Positions 50,611 through 59,549 of a stretch of DNA of 64,000 nt are shown piece by piece. The DNA is from Sphingomonas sp. (lineage in GTDB: Bacteria; Pseudomonadota; Alphaproteobacteria; Sphingomonadales; Sphingomonadaceae): positions 98,349 to 162,348 of the forward strand of contig NZ_JAHBZJ010000009.1 in assembly GCF_019635455.1 (NCBI RefSeq), in the 5' to 3' direction. Positions within the stretch are counted from its first letter, which is position 1; every line of letters starts with the position of its first letter. The translations under genes and the position numbers were made by a program. Under the pieces are notes generated by a model, which made no database searches, was not told the DNA's origin, and saw only the letters and a list, made by a program, of their open reading frames with translations.

Positions 50611-51462
50611 TTGCGGTTTTACCGGGCGACGCGGTTTCTGTTTCCGGAAAGCCTGCGGATGCGGATGTTCGCGATCTGCTTCGTCGGTACGCATGTGCCG
50701 CTGCTCGCCTTTGCGGCGTGGCAGTTCGGATCGGGCGCCGCCGATTGGGAAGCGGTCTGGGTATTGCTGGGGGCGACGCTGATCGGCACTGCGTTCACCC
50801 TGTTCGCGATTGACGGGATGCTGGCGCCGGTGCGGATGGCGACCAACGCCGTGGCGGCGCTGGAGCGCGATCAGCTTGCCGCGCTGGCGACCGTGCGGGG
50901 CAACGACATGCTCAGCGACCTGCTCGCCGGGGTCGATCGCGCGACGGTCGCGACCCAGGCGCGGATCGCGACGCTGGATTCGGCCGCGCATCACGATCCG
51001 CTGACCGGCACATGGAACCGGCGCGGCTTTCTGACCCAGACGGCGGTGGCCGGCGCGGGGGCGGTGGCGATCGTCGATATCGACTGGTTCAAGACGATCA
51101 ACGATCTGCACGGCCACGATGCCGGCGATCAGGTGTTGCGCGAATTCGCGGGCTTTCTGGTGCGTGGGGTGCGGCGTGACGATGTCGTGGCGCGCTGGGG
51201 CGGTGAGGAGTTCGTGGTCTATTTTCCCGGCATCGGCGAGCGTGAGGCGGCGGAAATCATTCACCGGCTGACCCGGCGCCTGGGCGCCGGCGCGATCGAG
51301 GGGCCGGACGGGATGCGTGTTTCCTTCTCCGCCGGCGTCGTCGATCTGGATGGGGACCAGATCGAGGCCGCGGTGGTGCGCGCCGACGCGGCGCTCTATG
51401 CCGCGAAACGCGGCGGGCGCGATCAGGTACGCGTCGGATTCGCCCATGCGCGGGTCGGCTGA
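50611..51462 (+). CDS. Membrane-anchored diguanylate cyclase (GGDEF domain)
   Basis: TTG start after GGAGG; two TM helices; DPLTGTWNRR, DIDWFKTIND..GH.AGD, I-site RRDD, active site RWGGEEF, ADAALYAAK. Confidence 0.9.
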   Translation: MRFYRATRFLFPESLRMRMFAICFVGTHVPLLAFAAWQFGSGAADWEAVWVLLGATLIGTAFTLFAIDGMLAPVRMATNAVAALERDQLAALATVRGNDMLSDLLAGVDRATVATQARIATLDSAAHHDPLTGTWNRRGFLTQTAVAGAGAVAIVDIDWFKTINDLHGHDAGDQVLREFAGFLVRGVRRDDVVARWGGEEFVVYFPGIGEREAAEIIHRLTRRLGAGAIEGPDGMRVSFSAGVVDLDGDQIEAAVVRADAALYAAKRGGRDQVRVGFAHARVG

Positions 51463-51472
51463 ACCCGCAGGC

Positions 51473-53167
51473 CTATCGCCGCCAGATCGCCTCGACCGCT
51501 TCGCTTCGTCGCAGCACGCGCGCCATCGGGTCGATCACCACATGCGCATCGGCCGGCACCGATACGCTGTCGCGGCCATCCGTCATTGCCAGCCGCTGCG
51601 TTCGCCCGTCCACCGCGATATCGATCGGCATCGGAAAGGGCGCGCCGCCGGGCGCCCGCCATTCCAGCGTCAGCCGGTCGCCCGTGCGCGTCTGGACCAG
51701 ATCGGGCAGCGCGGCCTGATGCAGATAGACGTTGAAGAACCAGGTGAGATCACGGCCGGCGGCCTCTGTCATCAACCGCTCGAATTCGGGGGTGCTGGCG
51801 AAGCGGGGCGTGAAATTGCCCGGCCTTGGATCGGGGCGGCCGTAAACCAGGCGTCGGGTCGCGTCGAAGAATGCCGCATCGCCGATCAGGTAGCGCAGCG
51901 TGTGGAGAACCCAGGCGCCCTTGTAATAAATGTCCTGGCCCGGCCCGCCCTGTTCGGCCTGATAGACGTCTTCGGATGTCCGCACCCGGCCCGAAACCAG
52001 CGGCTTCAGATTGAGGATGTTGCGCCGCTGCTGCGCCATCATCGCGGCGTAGCGCGCCTCGCCCTCGCGCCACTGGCCATAGAGCGGCTGCATATATTGC
52101 GCATAGCCCTCGTGGAGCCAGAAATCGTCCCAGTTCGCCGCCGTCATCTGGTTGCCGAACCATTCGTGCGCCAGTTCGTGCTGGAACAGCCAGTCGAAGC
52201 CGGTCTCGTCCTTGCGATAATTGTTGCCATAGGCGTTCACCGTCTGGTGCTCCATGCCCATGTGCGGCGTTTCGACCACGCCCAGCTTTTCGCTGGCGAA
52301 GGGGAAGGGGCCGATCATCGCTTCGAAAAAGTCGAGCGTGGGTGCGAACTCGGCGAACAGCCCCTTTGCCTGCCGATCCTTCCCCGTCAGATACCACAGG
52401 TGCATCGGCACCTTGTTGCCGAAGCGGCTGGCATAGTCGGCACTGAGCTCCCGATAGGGGCCGATATTGATCGCGACGAGATAGGGGTTGATGTTCCGTG
52501 CGTCCCAGCTCCAGCGCGACCAGCCATCGGCGAGCGGCGTCTGCCCCCTGAACACGCCGTTCGCGATCGCCTGCACGCCCGGCGGTGCGGCGATGTTCAG
52601 GCGGACGCGGCCGACCTCGCCCGCCGGAAAGTCGAGACACGGCCAGAACAGGTCGCAGCCATAGCCCTGCGCCGTCGTCGCGACCCATGGCTTGCCCTCC
52701 CATTCCGACCACACGATGCCGTCATCCCATGGCGCGTTCACCGCCTCATGCGGCTTGCCCGCATAGGTGATGCGTACCGTCGCCCGACCGTCCGCCGCGA
52801 TCGGGCGGGGAAGGGAGATGGCGAGGCGCCCCTCCGGGTTCGACCATGCGCCCGGTTTGAGGGCGGTGCCGTCGATGCTGATCGCCGAGACCGTATAGTT
52901 GCGGTCGAGATCGATCAGCAGGCGGGTCTGGCGGATCGCGGTCGTGACCTGCAACGTGGCGATGCCGGACAGGAACTTGCGCGCCGGATCGACCCGGATG
53001 TCGAGATCGGCCTGTTCGAGCCGCAGCGCCGCGCGCTCGGCATCGATCTCGCCGCCCGACCGTGCGGTGAGCGCCGTGATCGGCGGCAGCCCCTTTTGCG
53101 CGAAGGCGGGAGGCGCGAGGAAACAGAGCGCCAGCGCCAAGACGTGATTGATGCGGCGACCCGACAC
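51473..53167 (-). CDS. M1 family metallo-aminopeptidase, secreted
   Basis: GMEHQT exopeptidase motif, HELAHEWFGN (HEXXH) plus WLHEG, YYKGAW; signal peptide ending AFAQ; GTG start at 53167 inferred. Confidence 0.9.
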   Translation of the reverse strand: MSGRRINHVLALALCFLAPPAFAQKGLPPITALTARSGGEIDAERAALRLEQADLDIRVDPARKFLSGIATLQVTTAIRQTRLLIDLDRNYTVSAISIDGTALKPGAWSNPEGRLAISLPRPIAADGRATVRITYAGKPHEAVNAPWDDGIVWSEWEGKPWVATTAQGYGCDLFWPCLDFPAGEVGRVRLNIAAPPGVQAIANGVFRGQTPLADGWSRWSWDARNINPYLVAINIGPYRELSADYASRFGNKVPMHLWYLTGKDRQAKGLFAEFAPTLDFFEAMIGPFPFASEKLGVVETPHMGMEHQTVNAYGNNYRKDETGFDWLFQHELAHEWFGNQMTAANWDDFWLHEGYAQYMQPLYGQWREGEARYAAMMAQQRRNILNLKPLVSGRVRTSEDVYQAEQGGPGQDIYYKGAWVLHTLRYLIGDAAFFDATRRLVYGRPDPRPGNFTPRFASTPEFERLMTEAAGRDLTWFFNVYLHQAALPDLVQTRTGDRLTLEWRAPGGAPFPMPIDIAVDGRTQRLAMTDGRDSVSVPADAHVVIDPMARVLRRSEAVEAIWRR

Positions 53168-53174
53168 CCCATAT
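53147..53174 (+). promoter_or_regulatory. RpoH (sigma32)-type heat-shock promoter for lon
   Basis: ATTGAT-N14-CCCCATAT, compared with the sigma32 consensus CTTGAA-N13/14-CCCCATNT; about 40 bp before the lon ATG. Confidence 0.65.
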
Positions 53175-53216
53175 AGACGGCATGTGCCGCCTATCGTGGC
53201 GGACTCCGGAGTATTC

Positions 53217-55628
53217 ATGAAGTCCACCTATCCCGTCCTTCCGCTTCGCGACATCGTCGTCTTTCCGCACATGATCGTGCCGTTGTTCGTCGGGCGCGAC
53301 AAGTCGGTCGCCGCACTCGAGGCGGCGATGGCCGACGACAAGGAGATTTTCCTGGTCGCCCAGCTTGACCCGGCGAACGACGATCCGGGTCGCGACGACC
53401 TGTACGACATGGGGGTGTCGGCCGAGGTGATGCAGCTGCTCAAGCTGCCCGACGGGACGGTGCGCGTCCTGGTCGCGGGCAAGGAGCGCGGCAAGCTCGA
53501 ATCGATGGAGGAACGCGACGGGTTTCTGAGCGCCGCCGTCTCGCCGGTCGATGCGGACGATACGACACTGGAGGCGGCGAGCGCCGACCTGAAGGCGCTG
53601 ATGCGATCGGTGATCGATCAGTTCGAAAACTATGCGAAGCTCAACCGCAAGCTGCCGGCGGAGACCGCAGTGCAGCTGGGCGAGATCGACGAGCCCTCGC
53701 GCCTGGCCGACGCGGTTGCCGGAAACATCGCGGTGAAGGTCGCCGACAAGCAGAGCCTGCTGGTCGAAACCGATCCGCGCAAGCGGCTGGAGATGGTATT
53801 CGCCTTCATGGAGGGCGAGCTGGGCGTGTTGCAGGTCGAGAAGAAGATCCGCAGCCGCGTGAAGCGCCAGATGGAGAAGACCCAGCGCGAATATTATCTC
53901 AACGAGCAGCTGAAGGCGATTCAGCGCGAGCTGGGCAATGAGGGCGAGGAAGGCGAGGGCGACGAGATCGCCGAGCTGACCCAGAAGATCGCGACGCTCA
54001 AGCTGAGCAAGGAAGCCCGTGCCAAGGCGCAGGGCGAACTCAAGAAGCTGAAGACCATGGCGCCGATGAGCGCCGAGGCGACGGTCGTGCGCAACTATCT
54101 CGACGTGTTGCTGGGCCTGCCCTGGGGCAAGAAATCCAAGCTGAAAAAGGATCTGGTCGAGGCGGAGCGCGTGCTCGACGCGGATCATTACGGGCTGGAG
54201 AAGGTGAAGGACCGGATCGTCGAATATCTGGCGGTTCAGGCGCGGACGAACAAGCTGAAGGGGCCGATCCTGTGCCTCGTCGGCCCGCCGGGCGTCGGCA
54301 AGACGAGCCTTGGCAAATCGATCGCCAGGGCGACCGGGCGCGAGTTCATCCGCCAGTCACTGGGCGGTGTACGCGACGAGGCGGAAATCCGCGGTCATCG
54401 CCGCACCTATATCGGATCGCTGCCGGGCAAGATCGTCACCAACCTGAAAAAGGCGGGGACCAGCAATCCGCTGTTCCTGCTCGACGAGATCGACAAGCTG
54501 GGCCAGGATTTCCGCGGCGATCCCGCCTCCGCGCTGCTCGAGGTGCTGGATCCGGAACAGAACAGCAAGTTCAACGACCATTATCTGGAGATCGACGTCG
54601 ATCTGTCGGACGTGATGTTCGTCACCACCGCGAACTCGCTGAACCTGCCGCAGCCGTTGCTCGACCGGATGGAGATCATCCGTCTGGAAGGCTATACCGA
54701 GGACGAGAAGGTCGAGATCGCGAAGGGGCATCTGCTCGCCAAGCAGATCGACGCCCACGGCCTGAAGGAAGGCGAGTTCGAGCTGACCGAGGACGGTCTG
54801 CGCGACCTGATCCGCTTCTACACGCGCGAAGCAGGCGTCCGCACGCTGGAACGCGAGATCGCCAAGCTCGCCCGCAAGGCGCTGCGCCGCATCCTGGAGG
54901 GCAAAACCGAACGCGTGGTCGTCACGCCGGAAAATCTCCACGAGTTTGCGGGCGTGCGCAAATACCGGTTCGGCATCGGCGAGGAGGAACATTCGATCGG
55001 CGCGGTGACGGGCCTTGCCTGGACCGAGGTCGGCGGCGAGCTGTTGACCATCGAAAGCGTGACCGTGCCGGGCAAGGGCGCAATCAAGACCACCGGCAAG
55101 CTGGGCGACGTGATGAAGGAAAGCGTCGAAGCGGCGTTCAGCTTCATCAAGGCGCGCAGCCCCAGCTATGGCATCAAGCCGAGCATTTTCGCGCGCAAGG
55201 ACGTTCACGTCCACCTGCCCGAAGGGGCCGTGCCGAAGGATGGACCGTCCGCCGGTATCGGGCTGGTCACCTCGATCGTATCGACGCTGACCGGCGTCCC
55301 GGTGCGAAAGGATGTCGCGATGACCGGGGAGGTCACGCTGCGCGGTCGCGTGCTGCCGATCGGTGGTCTTAAGGAAAAGCTGCTCGCGGCGTTGCGCGGG
55401 GGCATCGAAACGGTGCTGATCCCCCAGGAAAACGAGAAGGATCTCGTTGAAATCCCGGCGAATATCCGTGAGAGCCTGAAGATCGTGCCGGTGTCGCATG
55501 TCGATGAGGTGCTGAAGCTCGCGCTGACCGAGACGCTCACACCGATCGATTGGACCGATGCGGACGAGCTTGCGGCCCAGCCGGCGCCGGCATCGGGCGC
55601 GGGCGGCGCGGAGGGTGTGCGCCACTGA
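53217..55628 (+). CDS. lon: Lon protease (endopeptidase La)
   Basis: PVLPLRDIVVFP, Walker A GPPGVGKTS, DEAEIRGHRRTYIG, PKDGPSAG (catalytic Ser), PIGGLKEK. Confidence 0.99.
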   Translation: MKSTYPVLPLRDIVVFPHMIVPLFVGRDKSVAALEAAMADDKEIFLVAQLDPANDDPGRDDLYDMGVSAEVMQLLKLPDGTVRVLVAGKERGKLESMEERDGFLSAAVSPVDADDTTLEAASADLKALMRSVIDQFENYAKLNRKLPAETAVQLGEIDEPSRLADAVAGNIAVKVADKQSLLVETDPRKRLEMVFAFMEGELGVLQVEKKIRSRVKRQMEKTQREYYLNEQLKAIQRELGNEGEEGEGDEIAELTQKIATLKLSKEARAKAQGELKKLKTMAPMSAEATVVRNYLDVLLGLPWGKKSKLKKDLVEAERVLDADHYGLEKVKDRIVEYLAVQARTNKLKGPILCLVGPPGVGKTSLGKSIARATGREFIRQSLGGVRDEAEIRGHRRTYIGSLPGKIVTNLKKAGTSNPLFLLDEIDKLGQDFRGDPASALLEVLDPEQNSKFNDHYLEIDVDLSDVMFVTTANSLNLPQPLLDRMEIIRLEGYTEDEKVEIAKGHLLAKQIDAHGLKEGEFELTEDGLRDLIRFYTREAGVRTLEREIAKLARKALRRILEGKTERVVVTPENLHEFAGVRKYRFGIGEEEHSIGAVTGLAWTEVGGELLTIESVTVPGKGAIKTTGKLGDVMKESVEAAFSFIKARSPSYGIKPSIFARKDVHVHLPEGAVPKDGPSAGIGLVTSIVSTLTGVPVRKDVAMTGEVTLRGRVLPIGGLKEKLLAALRGGIETVLIPQENEKDLVEIPANIRESLKIVPVSHVDEVLKLALTETLTPIDWTDADELAAQPAPASGAGGAEGVRH

Positions 55629-55789
55629 TGGTTGCCACGCCTTAACGCCCTTTTTTCGCCCCAATTCGCGGTGGATCGCGCCTTTCCCCTTTACAGAGCG
55701 GATGGGAGGCTGTTTTCTGCCTCACCGACGTTCGGCGTCACGAGTCCATTCGTGGGCGAAGCTAGAGAAATTGCAGGGGTTCTAAGGGC

Positions 55790-56062
55790 ATGAACAAGCA
55801 GGAATTGATCGCGACGGTCGCGGATACCGCCGGCCTGAGCAAGGGCGATGCGAGCAAGGCGGTCGAGGCCGTGTTCGACGCGGTGACCGCCTCGCTGAAA
55901 AAGGGCGACGAGGTTCGGCTCGTCGGCTTCGGCACCTTTTCGGTTTCGAAGCGCAAGGCATCGACCGGCCGCAATCCGCGTACCGGCGAACCGATGACGA
56001 TCAAGGCCTCGTCGCAACCCAAGTTCAAGGCGGGTAAGGGCCTGAAAGACGCGGTCAACTGA
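55790..56062 (+). CDS. hupB: HU DNA-binding protein
   Basis: MNKQELI, VRLVGFGTF, GRNPRTGE, PKFKAGKGLKDAVN; downstream of lon. Confidence 0.96.
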   Translation: MNKQELIATVADTAGLSKGDASKAVEAVFDAVTASLKKGDEVRLVGFGTFSVSKRKASTGRNPRTGEPMTIKASSQPKFKAGKGLKDAVN

Positions 56063-56174
56063 TTCGGGGCGGACGGGGCTGGACAAGCCGGCCGCGTCCT
56101 CCTAGAGGCTCCGCTCCCCGGGCCACTCCGGGGCGGATCGCTTCGCCCTGCGGCGTTGCGGTCGGACGGGGTTC

Positions 56175-56249
56175 GGGCGCGTAGCTCAGTGGTAGAGCAC
56201 TGTGTTCACACCGCAGGGGTCGCTGGTTCAATCCCAGCCGCGCCCACCA
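56175..56249 (+). tRNA. tRNA-Val (anticodon CAC)
   Basis: GGGCGCG/CGCGCCC acceptor stem plus ACCA, AGCTCAGTGGTAGAGC D arm, CTGTG-ttCACac-CGCAG anticodon arm, GGTTCAATCC T arm; 75 nt. Confidence 0.97.
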
Positions 56250-56354
56250 TCTAAAGCCGGGCTATCCGGTCATTTTTCGGTCTCCCCGTTGAATGACAGG
56301 AAGCCCGGCTCCGATGCCAGTCCGGTGCAACGCGCCTGGCATTCGGGAGTCGAT

Positions 56355-56920
56355 CTACCTGATGATCCCTTCCCACACGGCGGCGACAGCGGGGAAGTCC
56401 TCCCCGAATCGCATAGGTTGCGGTGGTGTCGCCCCGGGGGGGGGGGGGCATGAAGCCCGGCACCTCACATTTCGGCGCGCCGCGGCGGCGGCAAACGGGG
56501 CGAGGCTGTGCCGCAGCAGGTAGGGCATCCGTTCGCGCGTTGTCGGCAGCTTCAGCGCGACGAGCATCGCGGTCCATGACGAATCGACGTCTTGGACGGG
56601 GCGGCCGTAATAGTTGGACCAGCCAGCCACGAGACGCGCGCTGATCAGGCTCCAGCTGGTCATATGAAGCCCATTCTTCGGTCAGCCACCGGTCGAGCAA
56701 CGGTAGGATGGGCAAAACCGGTCGAAACATCTCGTCGTGCTGGTGAAGCGCAAGAACGCGACGCACGGATCATTCTCGGGAAAGCCGTTGCGGGCGAAGG
56801 CGTCGCCGGCTTCAATGAAATCCACCATGTGCTTGAGCCCGCGCCGCGATGGTGTCGGCCGAGCTTTGCAGATCGCCAGGCTCGAGGCGATAGTCGGCGA
56901 TTGCGTCCAGCACCCGCAGA
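56355..56920 (-). pseudogene. Fragmented tyrosine recombinase/integrase
   Basis: Segments in shifting frames: DAIADYRLE..DTIAAR / LKHMVDFIE / FRPVLPILPLLDRWL / NYYGRPVQDVDSSW...PYLLRHSLA (HxxR-like, Y in place of H) / RRGAPKCEVPGFM..TTATYA (catalytic Tyr region). At least three frameshifts, a G13 tract and no intact N-terminus. Confidence 0.75.
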
Positions 56921-57281
56921 GCAGATCGCGGCGATTGCCGAGCGCATCCGCGCCGATGCGTCAGTCCGCACGATGAGCCTGGAAACGCGGGTCGATCGCA
57001 AGCCGATGTTCGATGCACGGATCAGGGAATCGCTCGCGCTGGTCCACGCCGAAATCGCCTATGGCCGCTGGCGCGCCTCGCTCGGCGTGTTCACGGCGCC
57101 GGTGCTGGAGAGATCGTCGATGACCGGGGTATCGATCGTCGCGAAGCGCTATCGCCTGGGCGTCAACCGGGCGCGACGGCTGTTGATCGACGCGCTCGAC
57201 AGCTGGCTCAGCATGCTGCGCGACGCCCAGCGCAGCGTCGGCCGCGTCGGGCTGGATGAAGCGCACGCCCGCCTGAATTGA
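56913..57281 (+). pseudogene. Probably 5'-truncated phage-like hypothetical gene
   Basis: Coding-like frame AEQIAAIAERIRADASVRTMSLETRVD...YGRWRASL...AKRYRLGVNRARRLLIDALDSW starts exactly where the integrase remnant ends; the internal ATG at 56973 has no SD. Confidence 0.5.
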
Positions 57282-57302
57282 CCGGGGGCGTGCGCCTCGT
57301 CT

Positions 57303-58559
57303 TCAGCTGATCGTTCCGAATGCCTTCCATGTCGTTGGAGCTGCGCTGACGCAGACCCACCCGATCGGCTGGCCCGAGCTGGGCGCGGTGTTGGTGACGA
57401 GATCACCGACGGCCCAAGTTTCCGATGTCGGCGGCGCGCTGTCGAACACCTCGACAACGCCACCTTGCCTAAGCCGCATGCGATCTTCGCCATTCCAGCG
57501 GATGATCGCCTTGTGGATGCCGAAATCGGCCAGGTTTGCGGCGATCGGCGAGCCACCTGGCGCGGTCTGGATGAACACTTCGTTGGTCACCAACGTACCC
57601 GCCGTCGGGACGACCGTATAGATCGTGCCGCTGGAGCTGTCGGTGAACGTGGTATCCTGAAGCCGTATGGTGTGCAGGTCGAGCAATGCGCCATCCAGAC
57701 GAAGCACGTAGCAGTCGGCGTCACCCGAAATATCGATGTTGTTCCCGACGCCGTGGACCTCGCCAATCCGCATCGAGGCGCAATTGAACAAGGTGATGAG
57801 ATTGAGCTGACCGGTCATCGCCGACGGATCGCAGCTCTCAAAATGCAGATAGTCGATCTTACCCGACGAGCTCTCGATATACAGCCATTCCTTCTGGAGG
57901 TGATCGCCTATCAGGTTGGTGATAAGCAGCCCGACGGTCGCACGGAACCGGTGTCCCTTTGATTCGGGTTGCTCGAGGTTCTCTGGCTGTAGTGCGTAAA
58001 CGTTGCGAATGGCGAGATTGGTGTTGCCGCCGTTCGCGGCGTCGCAATCGATGTCGAGACCCCAGTTTGAACAGCCATAAGCGGTTACATTCGCGATCTC
58101 ACCGTCGAAAACGAAGCTGCCAGTTTCGGGCGGATTGCCGATGCCGGTGTTCGCGTCCCGGATGGTAAGCGGTCCGGCGATCAGGAAGTTGTAGCTGTAG
58201 GAATTGGCGGCGGAGAGCTTGATCCCGATCGCGCCGGTCTGTTCATGATCTTGCTGGGTCAGATAACACAGCAAGCCGGGTCCATGGATCGACCAGCCGT
58301 TGTTCTGACTGGTTTTGCTCACTTCGATGATTGCGATATCGTCCGTGTCCATCCGGATCGTCGCGCCGTTGACCTCGAACCTGACGCCGCTGCCCAAGAT
58401 CAGGGTGTCGGTTATTCGGTAGACCGCACCGCAAGCCAGCGTGACTGTGCCGCCGCCGCGACCATGGATGAAGTCAATCGCCTGCTGCACCGCAGCCGTA
58501 TCATCGGCGATGCCATCGCCGACGGCGCCGTAATCATAGGGAGACGCAAATTCCTGCAT
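57303..58559 (-). CDS. Right-handed beta-helix (pectate-lyase-superfamily / tailspike-like) protein, 418 aa
   Basis: SD GGAGG; N-terminal SPYDYGAVGDGIADDTAAVQQAID..GGGTVTL; Asn/Ile-rich beta-coil middle; C-terminal APPTSETWAVGDLVTNTAPSSGQPIGWVCV; no signal peptide; intact frame. Confidence 0.8.
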   Translation of the reverse strand: MQEFASPYDYGAVGDGIADDTAAVQQAIDFIHGRGGGTVTLACGAVYRITDTLILGSGVRFEVNGATIRMDTDDIAIIEVSKTSQNNGWSIHGPGLLCYLTQQDHEQTGAIGIKLSAANSYSYNFLIAGPLTIRDANTGIGNPPETGSFVFDGEIANVTAYGCSNWGLDIDCDAANGGNTNLAIRNVYALQPENLEQPESKGHRFRATVGLLITNLIGDHLQKEWLYIESSSGKIDYLHFESCDPSAMTGQLNLITLFNCASMRIGEVHGVGNNIDISGDADCYVLRLDGALLDLHTIRLQDTTFTDSSSGTIYTVVPTAGTLVTNEVFIQTAPGGSPIAANLADFGIHKAIIRWNGEDRMRLRQGGVVEVFDSAPPTSETWAVGDLVTNTAPSSGQPIGWVCVSAAPTTWKAFGTIS

Positions 58560-58727
58560 ATGCTGGTGTCCTCCAACTTGGCTCACGCCATGGTCTCGCT
58601 GCGATAGGGCAGCGCGCCCGCCCGCCATCACGACGCGCGATATGATCCTGCCGACGGCGGCTCGCCGAGGCTAGGCCGTTCAGCGTGCGGTCACGACGAC
58701 GAGTCCTTGCCGCGCCCACCATCTTTG

Positions 58728-58759
58728 AGGGGCGGGGTTTCCACGGAAATCCCGCCCCT
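58728..58759 (+). terminator. Hairpin just after attR (probably the displaced original tRNA-Val terminator)
   Basis: AGGGGCGGGGTTTC-cacg-GAAATCCCGCCCCT followed by T. Confidence 0.6.
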
Positions 58760-58845
58760 TGTCATATGCGCGTCATCTCTACGCTTATCGCGGAGCGAAT
58801 CGCGCCGGAGCGTCCGGCGCGGCCCTTGAGCCGAAGGTCGTTCCG

Positions 58846-59346
58846 ATGCGCATGCTGCTTGTCGTTCCCGCGTTGCTTTCCCTCCTCACCGCCTGCGGCC
58901 AGCAGGCGCCTCAGGCCGCGCAGGGTGGCAACACCGCACAGCCCGCCACCGCTGTCGCCGAAACGCCCTCGGCCGACGCGATGGCCGCGAAGCGGCAGGT
59001 CACGCGCTATTTCGAGAGGATCGCGGCGCGCGACTTTGCGCGCGCGCACGCCTTCTGGGCCGATGGGGGCAAGAGTTCGGGCGGTTCGGTCGCCGACCTG
59101 AAGCGCGCGTTCGAACCCTATGCGAAATATGCCGGGACCGCGGGCGATCCGACCGAGGTGAAGGTGAGCGGCGATACCGCCTATATCATCGTCCCGGCGA
59201 CCGCGGAGGCGACGATCCGCAAGACCGGGGTGATGCGCGATCTGTCCGGCATGGTCTATCTCAAGCGTTCGGTCGCGCCGAAGGGCGGGGATGCGGCCGC
59301 CGGCGACTGGAGGATCTGGGCCGTCGATCTGCGCCGCGCGCATTAA
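58846..59346 (+). CDS. Hypothetical lipoprotein
   Basis: Lipobox LLSLLTA-C; mature domain QVTRYFERIAARDFARAHAFWADGG...YIIVPA. Confidence 0.75.
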   Translation: MRMLLVVPALLSLLTACGQQAPQAAQGGNTAQPATAVAETPSADAMAAKRQVTRYFERIAARDFARAHAFWADGGKSSGGSVADLKRAFEPYAKYAGTAGDPTEVKVSGDTAYIIVPATAEATIRKTGVMRDLSGMVYLKRSVAPKGGDAAAGDWRIWAVDLRRAH

Positions 59347-59388
59347 GGCCGGAATGCCGGAACCGCGGCGCGACGGGCTTTGGCGCCG

Positions 59389-59417
59389 CTGTCACGAAAC
59401 GGTCATGGCGTCGTAAC
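59389..59417 (+). promoter_or_regulatory. Pho box (PhoB site), three half-sites at 11-bp period
   Basis: CTGTCAC-gaaa-CGGTCAT-ggcg-TCGTAAC, compared with the consensus CTGTCAT-N4-CTGTCAY. Confidence 0.7.
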
Positions 59418-59549
59418 CAATCCATCATCGCGGAGTCATCGAAGAATCACAGCTGACCCCTAGTCGGCGCTCGTCAGCGACGGGCGGCTCCGGCACGCCG
59501 CACGTTGCGGAGCTTCTGTTTGCCGGGGCGATGTCAAAAGGGGATATCC

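Larger units (their letters stand above)
56237..58724. mobile_element. ~2.5 kb tRNA-Val-integrated islet (prophage/ICE remnant) bounded by att repeats
   Basis: Identical 16-bp GCCGCGCCCACCATCT at 56237-56252 (tRNA 3' end) and 58709-58724; integrase remnant beside the tRNA; lower-GC cargo gene. Confidence 0.9.

Noticed and set aside
56592-56912. N-terminal part of the 229-aa ORF 56592-57281 as real coding sequence
   Set aside because: It is the antisense read-through of the integrase remnant; only the part after about 56913 looks coding on the plus strand.
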